From contig MCFE01000330.1 in the NCBI GenBank assembly GCA_002104905.1, forward strand, positions 29,388-93,387: a stretch of DNA of 64,000 nt, read 5' to 3'. The notes below the pieces were generated by a model, which searched no databases, was not told the origin of the DNA, and saw only the letters and a list, made by a program, of their open reading frames with translations. This document shows positions 9,968 to 20,210 of this stretch, piece after piece; positions within the stretch are counted from its first letter, which is position 1; every line of letters begins with the position of its first letter. Origin of the DNA: Basidiobolus meristosporus CBS 931.73 (lineage: Eukaryota > Fungi > Basidiobolomycota). The position numbers and the translations under genes were made by a program.

Positions 9968-12490
9968 AGACTTGTTCCATTAGATAGTGCCACATAGTTC
10001 AAGCTGTTGATAGTGCTGGATCAATCTGGCACTCTATGGCACTATCTGACACTCTGATTTCTAAGATTATGCCAGTGGTAGGATACAATTACTGGCATTT
10101 TGACACAATCTTACTTATACTGCTCAGAACAGTGCTTTTCTTGCTGTATTTACTCATCATAATGCTCTAGACACATTTCTCTCAGTGGATGTCCTCTTGT
10201 ATGAGTATATTGCATATTAATAAGTATCTTAACTATTTTACCTATACTGCTGTTTTCTCCTACATATGACTTTCCTCCATATTTACCTGCTAATATGCAG
10301 AATCTCTGTAGATATCCAAATGCATGCTCTACTCTCAATCTGAAATGATGAAATATATCATTGTTGGGCTTCTGCTTCCTGCTGAGCACTCCATTCCTTG
10401 GCTTCCAATGGGCTGTAATACATTCTGGTCTCTGGCAATCCTCTCCTATATAAGCCTAGTCTATCTTAAATCTGTTCCCTCTACCATGTCCTGGATGATT
10501 CTCTACCCAGAGTGCTTTGTCATGCCTACTTCCAGCAAATGGCCCACTAAGCCAGATGATGTTACCCTCAATGTCAGACAGTGCTTGAAACTTCACACAG
10601 TGTGCCTTGTACTTGCCAGAATAAAAGTGCCTCTGCCCTCTAGAAGGTCTGTTAATCCTCATATTTCATAAAAGACCAGGACAATGCCAATACACTACTG
10701 TATAAGTATCCAAATCCATCACTATGGCCCCTATACCAAGTCTCTACTCATCTCAAGTACAACCCAGACAAAACCCACCCCCCAGCTCACAAGCATGGTC
10801 TGGGTTGGAGAAGTTAATGTTGGATTCATTTGAGTTCTTGCCAAATGATTTAAGTATGGCCCAAGTGTCTATGATGTGCCTTCATACAGATATTTGGGCA
10901 CTACTCATTAATCTAGCAGAACTAGATATCTCAGAGAGTCAACAGAGATGGAAGAACCTCAGTAGAAAGCTGTGGCATGAGTTCTTCATCAAGATGCCAG
11001 CAGATATAGCTAAGTGGCTTCCAAGTGCAATATACATAAGACTCATCCAGGCAACAGTTCCAAAGTATCAAACAGAGGGTAAGTAAATACTTTGAGGAAT
11101 CAGAAGGTGAGCTTCAAGATGAAGAATACAGACCGCAAGCAACAGCATCTAGATCATACCAACATGCCTTGCTGGTTTTCTTACCATCCTTTGCAACTTC
11201 AGCATGCTTGTGCACATCAGTCCAAACTATGCCAACACCCTTCACAAGAGTGCCCTGCATCAATTCTATGTGTGTTGGGTCAACATGCACACCTCAGAGG
11301 AAAACCACCAGAACTTGCCAAATTGCTCATTTAGACACAAGTCCATTGGAATGGGCCAAGCTGTGTCAACAAGCAGCTTCACATTGAACTCAGTCAAGGG
11401 CCATGGCAGCTCATCAAGTTGTGCCTGCACATGCCATTACACCTGACCATCAGTAAGTTTCTTCTGGTGCACTGACTAATGATAACCCACATGAAGTTCC
11501 ACCACTACCAGAGCCTTTGGCAAGTAAAAGAAAGCGTCAGCACATAGCACTGCTAGCCAGTTCAGTAGCATCCTCTGGAGCAATTGAGCACAGTCAAGCT
11601 GCAGCAGTGCACTCATCCACTAGGAGGCAGAACACTAACTACAAATACACAGGTAGCCAAGATGATAGGCAACAAGGAAGTAGTTTAGGTGTGCAAAGTG
11701 AATCACTACCAAAGGCTTCAGTAGTAGTCCCTGTGAGAAAAAAACCTAGGAGAAGATGAAGCAATTGCATTGCATTGCTATTATTTGTTGTGATCCAAAC
11801 CATATACTTTTTTTTGCAATCTAATCAAGCCATTGCAAATCAGTGTCCACTCAATTTTTGATAAAAGCAATACTAAGGTTGCTTCACAATTGACACAGAA
11901 TCCCTATAAATAAATACCCTGCATATATATACATCATCTGTAACACCAGTGCAGCCATTTGATCTGTTTTGCACCTATATGGTTGGTTGAATGCTAGCTG
12001 TAACACCTTGCCCAATCACTAGGTTCAGGGACTTACTTGCTCAATTGATAAAATGGGCTATTTGATGGCTACTCAGGTAGCTTGGGTATTGGTCAAGCTG
12101 CCAATTAGGGGCTGACAGCTTCAGGATACTTTTGGACCAGTTAATCACTGAGATACCATTCAATTGGAGTGATGGTAGCCAAAATGGTAAGTACCAGTGC
12201 AGTGTATAGTATGAGACACATTCATTTCTATTTGCATTCAAGAAACATATCCAAATACCAGACTTTACCAACCATTATAGCGGTATCTAATGGTGCATGT
12301 GCTGCAAATACTATGAGTTGGTGCAATCAGCATTGTGCCAGATTGTGCCATTGCATGCAAGATTGTCCCACGTGGTGTGAAATTGTCCAAGAGCAATCCG
12401 GCCAACTGGTAGCTACATTTTTGCAATGGATTGTTCTTTGAGACCGTAGATTGCACTGTGCACCCTGGCATGGTACAATGGAACAAGTCT
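9968..12490 (-). mobile_element. PHIS/Pangu-like transposon, internally deleted copy (2523 bp), TSD AAT
   Basis: Both termini present (AAT|AGACTTGTTCC...GGAACAAGTCT|AAT). Transposase 3' half at about 10150-10660; one deletion fuses the transposase to the ORF2 upstream region near 10660; a second deletion lies inside ORF2 near 11005. Confidence 0.9.
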
Positions 12491-12493
12491 AAT

Positions 12494-13470
12494 TTACCCA
12501 ATTTACTCTTTTCTTCTATTTATGACTTTCCTCTGTATTTACATGCCAATATGCTGAATCTCTTCAGATATCCAAATATAAGCTCTACTCTCACTCTGAA
12601 ATGCTTAGATATCTCATTGTAGGGCTTCTGATTCCTGCAAAGCACACCATTCCTGTGCTTCCTATATGTTCTAATACATCCTAATCTCTAAGTATCCTGT
12701 TCTGTATAAACTCAATCTGTCATATATTTCCCTCCTCTACTAAATTCTGGATAATTCTCCACTAGTATGCTTTGTGATGCATACTTCTGGCAAATGGCCG
12801 TCTATACTAGATGATGTTTTTTGTAATGTTGGGCAGTGCTAGAAACTTCACCCAGTGTGTCTTGTAGTTTCCAGCATCAAAGGGCCTCTGCCCCCTAAAA
12901 GTTATGTAAACCCTGACTGGGAAGGTGTCCAAAATACTCCTGATATGGAATCTATTGCTGAACACTCTGGGATATGCAAGTCTATTGAAGCTTCTGAACC
13001 TAGTATCCTAAGATTGAGACAGAAGGTCCACAGAACTTAGTATAGATCTGCTCTAATATGTCAAAAGGAATTCCTGTGGTAGTGATAGGATTAGTGTGAA
13101 AAGACCATTCAGATGAGTTTGTCTTATGAGGCCTGGTAGGTGATTGAATAGATGGGGTTTGATTGATTCTGTGCAATCTATTTGATTTGTCTGATTTTGT
13201 ATGCACTATGATTAAGTCTCCATGAATTACCATGTTTCCCATGATTATGTTGTTAAATCATCCACAGTCAGTGGCTTAAAGATTCTATTGATGATTTACT
13301 CACAGGTCTGTAGTCAAATAGGAAATCTGCAACAGATGTGATCCAATCAATGCCAATGCCACTCAAGAGGCATCATTCAAATATAGAGATAATTCATCAA
13401 TCACATAATTGTTCAATATATTTCATATAAGATCAGGCTGATGTCAATATGCAGCTATATGAATATCTAA
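12494..13470 (-). pseudogene. Older, diverged PHIS transposase relic plus upstream intergenic region
   Basis: Colinear with about 14810-15900 but with many substitutions and stops; no termini seen. Confidence 0.75.
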
Positions 13471-13517
13471 ATCTGTCACTCTGACCCCTATTTCAAGTTT
13501 CTATTCACTTTTAGTAC

Positions 13518-13865
13518 TGTTGTAAGAGTTTTGGAGATATTGGAAGTGTTTGGGGGAACAAGTATATTATGTGATTTTCAATTGGTGATTTATTGAATGC
13601 ACAAGTAGTATTTATATTTTTACATGGTTTTGGCATAACAAACACATAGAATAGGCTCATGATGATCCAAAGAACATGTGAGCAAGATTTGGGGCTGCTT
13701 GGACAACTTTGAGGATTCTCATTTTCTGGGTACCTGATAGTTTGGTGAAAAATTTTTTAAGTAAATCCCAACAAGGAATTTGGTCAGAATTCTCTAGGAT
13801 TTGAAGGTAATAATTTATGTGACTAAGTTAGTGAATATTTAGGTCAAGTCAATACTTTTACAACA
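13518..13865 (-). repeat. Solo LTR (348 bp), Copia family of 61626-64000
   Basis: TGTTGTAAGAG...TTTTACAACA; aligns along its length with the LTR 61626-61694 plus 62432-62710. Flanks AGTAC/TACTA do not form a 5-bp TSD. Confidence 0.85.
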
Positions 13866-13879
13866 TACTATATGGTTAC

Positions 13880-14480
13880 ATATATATGGAAGTGAGCCAA
13901 ACCAAACAGGAAATAGTGACACATACATCTGCTTATGTCACATCTTTATTTGTAATGCCTACCATGGTGGGGCACCGTAGAATCCTACAATCATGGAGGT
14001 GTCATGTCATAAAGTCAAGACTGTTTTAAAAATACATCAGTATTCACAAAAAAGTGATAAAATAGTGTTATGTTGTTTAGTGTCAAACTGTTTGTCACAT
14101 TGACAGGACCACTTTGATTTAGTACCATATAAGAAGAGCAAAGCAACTGTGGGGCTATTGTGGCAAGCCTCTAAGCCATGAAGCTCACAGTTGGAACAGC
14201 AAGTACTTCAAGGATTGTGGTCAGTGTTTTGCTACAGAAGTCATAGTGGAGCAATCATCAGACACTACTGGACCAACAATGTCTTGCCAGCTAATTGATA
14301 ATTCTCAAACACTACCTAGTCATAACTGGTTCCTTGCATAAGCTGATTCAGGTCAGTTTGTGATGTCTTTTAGCCCACCTCAGCCTTTTAAATATGGCTA
14401 CTGAGTGACAGTAACATCCCAACATTCAATGGGACTACACCTGTAGAAAAAGAGCCAAGAACACTTTGTGGAGACAAGGG
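13880..14480 (+). mobile_element. CACTA-like internal fragment (inter-ORF region)
   Basis: Colinear with about 7650-8250. Confidence 0.6.
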
Positions 14481-14718
14481 AGCCAAGTAACTCATTTAAT
14501 GGAGAAAGATATGTTGTTGAGCATACAGAAGTAGTAGACTTGTTCCGTTGGATAGTGCCACATAGTGCCAGCCGGTTTATAGTGCCGGATCGATCTGGCA
14601 CTCTACGGCACTATCTGGCACTATAATTTCTACCATGATGTCAGTGGTATGATACAGTTACTGGTAATTTTACTCAATCTTACTTATGTTGCTCAGAATA
14701 GTGCTTTCCTTGCTTTAT

Positions 14719-15603
14719 TTACTCTTCATAATGCTCCAGACACATATCTCTCAGTGGATGTCTTCTTGTATGAACATACTGTGCATTGATAAGTATCTTA
14801 ACTATTTTACCTATTCTGCTGTTTTCTCCTATATATGACTTTCCTCTGTATTTACCTGCCAATATGCTGAATCTCTTCAGATATCCAAATGTGTGCTCTA
14901 CCCTTACTCTGAAATGATTAAATATCTCATTGTAGAGCTTCTGCTTCCTGCTAAGCACACCATTCCTTGGCTTCCTATAAGCTGTAATACATCCTAATCT
15001 CTGACAATCCTCTCCTATATAGGCCAAGTCTGCCATACATTTCTCCCCTCTACTGAATTCAGGATGATTCTCTACCCAGAGTGCTTTGTCATGCCTACTT
15101 CCAGCAAATGGCCCACTAAACCAGATGATGTTACCCTCAATGTCAGACAGTGCTTGAAACTTCACACAGTGTGCCTTGTACTTGCCAGAATAAAAGTGCC
15201 TCTGCCCTCTAGAAGGTCTGTTAATCCTCACTGGGAAGGTATCCAAAATACTCCTGATATGGAACCTGTTGCTGAACACTCTGGGATATGGAAGTCTATT
15301 GGAGCTTCTGAACCTAGTATTCCAAGCTTGCTCTAAGTCATTCATACCCTCTGCAAGGTGGTTCTCCATTGCTGTCAGCTGGGAATGAAAGCTTCTAGGA
15401 CTTTTGTTGCCATGGATAGTGGGATGAAACCTTGTAGGGCAATAGTTCTTGTAATAGCAGAGAAGCTTAACAAGGGATCTCCTTGAGTAGATTGGGGTTG
15501 ATGGTCCACAGTACTTGGAATAGATCTCCTCCAGTGTGTCAAAAGGAAATCCAGTGGTAGTGATGGGATTGATGAGAAAAGACCATTCAGATGAGTAAGT
15601 CAT
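14719..15603 (-). CDS. DDE transposase (DDE_Tnp_4 / IS5-ISL2-Harbinger-like), 294 aa, intact
   Basis: Motifs ILDTFPVRINRP, FYSGKYKAHCVKFQ, GPFAGSRHD, MADLAYIG and NHFRVRVEHTFGYLKRFSIL are typical of the IS5/PIF-Harbinger DDE fold. Confidence 0.92.
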   Translation of the reverse strand: MTYSSEWSFLINPITTTGFPFDTLEEIYSKYCGPSTPIYSRRSLVKLLCYYKNYCPTRFHPTIHGNKSPRSFHSQLTAMENHLAEGMNDLEQAWNTRFRSSNRLPYPRVFSNRFHIRSILDTFPVRINRPSRGQRHFYSGKYKAHCVKFQALSDIEGNIIWFSGPFAGSRHDKALWVENHPEFSRGEKCMADLAYIGEDCQRLGCITAYRKPRNGVLSRKQKLYNEIFNHFRVRVEHTFGYLKRFSILAGKYRGKSYIGENSRIGKIVKILINAQYVHTRRHPLRDMCLEHYEE

Positions 15604-15962
15604 ATTAAAATTGATGGATGATCGTATGGAGGCGCTTTGAATTGATTTGGCGCGATCTGCGTTATTTATCTGATTTTTAACACATTATGGTTAAATCTCC
15701 ATCAATTGCCATGTATCCCATCATTATGTCGCAAAAATCATCCGCAAACAATGCCTTGGTACTTTTATTGATGCTTTAATCATAGGTCTATAATCAAATA
15801 GGAAATCTGCAATTGATGTGATCTGATCCGTGTCAACACAATCCAAGATGCATCATGCATAATATATGGAAAATTCAACAATCACTTTAGTTTTCATATA
15901 TATTTCATATAAGACCAGGTTGATGCCAATATACTGCTGTATAAGTATCCAAATCCGTTGCT

Positions 15963-17234
15963 ATGGTCCCCATACCAAGCCTCAACTCATCTTTAGTACA
16001 ACCCAGACAAAACCCATCCCCCAGCTCACTAGCGCGGTCCGGACCGGAGAAGTCGATGTCGGATCCGTTTGAGTTCTTGCCAAATGATTTTAGTATGGCC
16101 CAAGTGTCTATGATGAGCCTTCATACAGATATTTGGGCACTACTGATTAATCTAGCAGAACTAGATACCTCAGAGAGTCAACAAAGATGGAAGAATTTGA
16201 GTAGAAAGCTGTGGCATGAGTTCTACATCAAGATGCCAGCCGATGTATGTAAAAAGATATATAACAAGACAAGTATTGAAATCAAGAATGAGCTGAGAGT
16301 AAGGGGATTTGACGAGGAAGCCGCGCGGGAACAATTTTGCGCGCAATTTGCACAGTACGGGCCGGACGCGTCCGTTTGTGCCTCAACTTTGGGAACCAAA
16401 GAGATTTTGAATGAGTTTTTGCCTCAAATGACTAATGTACTATGTGATATATTAGTAGAGCTAAGTGGCTTCCGAGAGCAATATACACAGGACTCATCCA
16501 GGCAACAGCTCCAAAGTATCAGACAGAGGGTAAGTGAATACCTTGAGGAATCAGATGGTGAGCTTCAGGAGGAAGAATACAGACCGCAAGCAACATCGTC
16601 CAGATTGCGCCAGCACGCCTTGCTGGATTCCCTACCATCTCTTGCAACCACAGCGCGCTGGCGCACGTCAGTCCAGACCACGCCAACACCCTTTACCAGA
16701 ATGCCCCGCGTTGAGTCAACGCGCATTGAGTCAACGCGCATCGGGTCAACATGCGCGCTTCAGAGCAAAACTACCAGAACTCGCTAAACTGCTCATTTAG
16801 ACACAAGTCCATTGGAGCGGACCGAGTCGCGTCAACATGCGGCATCACATCAAACTCAGCCAAGGGCCATCTCAACGCGTCAAGGCGCGCCTGCGCGTGC
16901 CGTTTTGCCTGACCATCAGCGAGTTACTTCTGGTGAACTGACTGATAATGACCAACATGAAGTGACTCAACCACCAGAGCCCTTGGCAAGTAAAAGAACG
17001 TGTCAGCGCGTGGCACTACAGGCCGGTTCAGTTGGTTCAGTTGGTTCAGTTGGAGCGATTCAGTGCGGCCAAGCTTCAGCATTGCACTCATCAACTAGGA
17101 GGCAAAATACTGACTACGAATACACAAGTAGCCAAGATGATAGTCAGCCAGGAAGTAGTATAGGTGTGCAAAGTGAGTCACTACCAAATGCTTCAGTAGT
17201 AATCCCTGTGAGAAACAAACCCAGGAGAAGATGA
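15963..17234 (+). pseudogene. Transposon ORF2 (about 423 aa) with one premature TAA at 16785-16787; possible Myb/SANT-trihelix-like helix and C-terminal basic NLS-like tail
   Basis: ORFs 15963-16787 and 16812-17234 are in the same frame; other copies have CAA/CAG at the stop. QQRWKNLSRKLW resembles the trihelix/MADF recognition helix (inference); ends PVRNKPRRR. Confidence 0.75.
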
Positions 17235-18064
17235 TGCGATCGCTTTGAATCGCTCACATTTGTAATGATCCCGACAACCCTTTTTTTTTGCGATCCAAAT
17301 TGAGCCATTGCAAATCAGTGATCATCATATTTTTGATATAAGTAATATCAAGGTCGTCTCACATTTGAGACAGAACCCCTATAAATAAACACCCTGCATA
17401 TATATACGTCATCTGTAATACCAGTGCAGCTATTGGATCTGTTTTGCACCTACACAATCGCTTGCGTGCTAGCTATGACACCTTGCCCAATCACTAGGAT
17501 CAGGGATTTACTTGCTCAATGGGCAAAATGAGATATTTGATGGCAAATCAGGTAGCTTTTTCAGTAGTCAATGAGCCAATTGGGGGCTGCCAGCTTCAGG
17601 ATACTTTTGGACCAATTAACCACTGAGATACCGTCCAATTGGAGTGAGGGTAACCAAAATGGTAAGTATCAGTGTAGTTTATAGTGCGATACACATTTAT
17701 TTCCATTGACATTAAAGAAACATATCCAAATACCGGATTTTACCTGCCATTATAGCGGTATCCAATCGCGCACGTGATGCAAGCATTACGAGTTGGCGCG
17801 ATCATTTGCGCCAACCTCATCGTGTCAGATTGTGCCATAGTGTGCAAGATCGTCCCGCATAGTGCGAAATTGTCCAAGAACAATCCTGCCTTCTGGTAGC
17901 TATGATATCACGCCCGATTGCTCTTTGCAACCGCGGATTGCGCCGCGCACCCTGGCACGGTACGATGGAACAAGTCTAGTGTACTGCTACTAACATCAGT
18001 AATGGTTGCTTTGAAGTTTTACTGCTACTTCTTGCCAAAATTATTGTAATATTGTCCTGGACTC

Positions 18065-19831
18065 AGACAAGCAAGCAGATTTTGGGTCAATATTGGTATG
18101 CTGAGAAAGTATCTCAAGAACAGCATACCAAAGGCAGAAAAAAAAGGTTGCACCAGCTAAGAACCAGTAACTTTCTCAGGATCCTATTAGAAGCAGTGCC
18201 AAAAGTTCCAAACAAGTGTCAAAGAGACATCAGGTAGCTGGAAAAGTGTCATGATCACATGACAACCATGAACACCCATGCCAAGTTTCAGCTTCCTAGC
18301 TCAATTTCTAAGAGATTCTTTCTGGAACCTTCTACAACCTTCCAGAAAGTTCCTGACCATTCCAAACCCTTGTTACACAATGGAACATTCCATGGAAGCT
18401 TCCCATCTTATTTTTCATAGTCCAGTACCATATATGGAAATACCAAGTAACATGACTTAGTCACATGATCAGGTGACCCAATCCATTTCCCCATCCTGTC
18501 TCAGTGCCTTGCTTTCTATATTATCATCCCCAGCACATTGCTGTGCCTCACCCCACAACCCTATTAGTATTAGCCAATATCTCTCAGCATCAGTATAAGC
18601 AAAAAGTATATAGAGTCCTATCCCCCCTTAAGTATTCCTCAGTCTGATAAACACAGGTCTTGAATAAACAGCCTTGCCTTGGAAACCCGCCTTGCCTTGA
18701 TGATCCACACCTCAGTCCTTTCCTGGTCCTGCCTTGCCTAGCTCTACTCTCCTGCCTTGTGTCTATTCATAACAAAAAGTTCCAATAAGAGACAGGCAGA
18801 CAAACATATATTCACCAGCACAGCCTTTGTGATGGAAAGGGAGTAGTTCCACTCAAGAAGCACTCTGTCAACATAGCAGTGAAGGACCTGGCAGTGATAA
18901 AAACCAGTCTCTATCTTAGGAGCCCATCCCATCATACCAAAGAAGAATTATCAACAAGAAAAAGCTGTTTTCACAAGAATTGAAGGCACAACCAGGCAAG
19001 CAACACTCAAGTGAGCTCAACAAGTTTGCAGAGAACAGCAATTAGTTTAACACAGCCTCCATGTCCTTCAGTGCTGACAAAGTAGATATCCCACTGACAG
19101 ACAATGCAGCTACATCAAGAACTCAAAAGGCTATCACAATGCCTTCAGCAGAACTTTGGAACTTCAATAGGCACATCAAGAGGTTGCAGCACTTCTTCAA
19201 GAGCAGTGCTAAAGAAAATGCACTTGAATATTGCAAGATTTTACTGCAATGACTAGCAGACAAGGTGCTAAACCTTGCAGTGCTGGCTGAAGATCAGGAC
19301 ATATGGGAACCAGTGAACAGATATTGGCATGAAGCTCTAATGTTCCTGCTAAAGTCATAGAAACAGAGTGTTACAGCAGAAATACTGATTGAGTGGTGAG
19401 TTTTAATGCAGTTATTTGTTGAGTTTGGGGTTGGACTTAATGCTAGTGTAGGGCATAGGGACTTGCATAGGTCAGTACGATTGGCAATTGATATAGAACT
19501 GATGCTTCAACAGAAATAAATCAATTTGTATGAATGAAAAGTAAGAGGAACAGTTGAGTCAGGAAGCAAGGAGTGTGAAAAAGAGGCAATAGCCAATCAA
19601 TGCACACAAACTTAGTAAGTGATAGAGTTTCTGGGGTCAGAGAGTAAAAAAAATGCTAGAGAACCAATCAGAAGTCACTGATGTAATGTTGTGATGAAAA
19701 ATCTTGACTAAGTGTTTTGCAAAATCTGGGGTGCATTTACTTTCTGATGGTCTTTGCACTGTGTCCAGACAGGTTCAATACCTCTGAGTCACAGGATTCA
19801 GAGTTTGTGATGGCCTTTTGATGGTATCATC
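18065..19831 (-). mobile_element. CACTA-like left half, inverted (ORF2 relic on plus), with nested solo LTR
   Basis: Reverse-complement match to 59580-61100 and 4990-5950; GATGGCCTTTTGATGG at about 19810-19825. Confidence 0.7.
18247..18774 (+). repeat. Solo LTR (528 bp), Ty3/Gypsy family of 43332-49800, TSD AAAAG
   Basis: AAAAG|TGTCATG...CATAACA|AAAAG; homologous to the inverted LTR at 43332-43736 plus 48454-48526. Confidence 0.85.
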
Positions 19832-19889
19832 TGTTGTGTTGTATTATGATAAGCTTGGGGACTGCTCTACAATGATGAGGCCAATCAAC

Positions 19890-20010
19890 TATATACAACA
19901 ACTTCCAGTATGTAAATACTGAAATAGTCAATTGGGAGTTTGATATACCAACAGAAGATATAACTTTGACTAATATCTTCAGTTTTGGGCTCAATTTATT
20001 CTATAGGCAG
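19890..20010 (+). pseudogene. CACTA-like transposase fragment
   Basis: Reverse-complement match to 58340-58445. Confidence 0.55.
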
Positions 20011-20210
20011 TGTTTTCCACTTCAACAGCAGAGTTCTGACCTTCAGTTGACTAATAGGCTAATTACTCATGTAATATATTTTCCTCATTTGGAGTTCACT
20101 TTCCTTTCTGACAAAATCTTTCTAATAAGGAAGTTCTGAGCTCCCCTTTAACCTAAAGGGACGTGGTATAAGGGCTGCTAAAGGGGTCTTTAGACCTAAA
20201 TGGGTGTTTT

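Larger units (their letters stand above)
14536..17977 (-). mobile_element. PHIS/Pangu-like DNA transposon, youngest full-length copy (3442 bp), TSD AGT
   Basis: AGT|AGACTTGTTCCGTTGG...CGATGGAACAAGTCT|AGT; divergent transposase and ORF2; CpGs retained outside the transposase. Confidence 0.95.

Noticed and set aside
15866-16072. Conserved 68-aa upstream/overlapping ORF (MENSTITL..) in three PHIS copies
   Set aside because: The copies are too similar for its persistence to show selection, and there is no recognisable motif.
16528-16536. AG|GTAAGT splice donor in ORF2 that could skip the premature stop
   Set aside because: The frame reads through with frame-preserving indels downstream, and no acceptor can be assigned without RNA data.
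18408-18421. TTATTTTTCATAGT, an inverted match to the CACTA-like terminus
   Set aside because: It lies inside a TSD-bounded solo LTR with no adjoining CACTA sequence; likely chance in AT-rich DNA.
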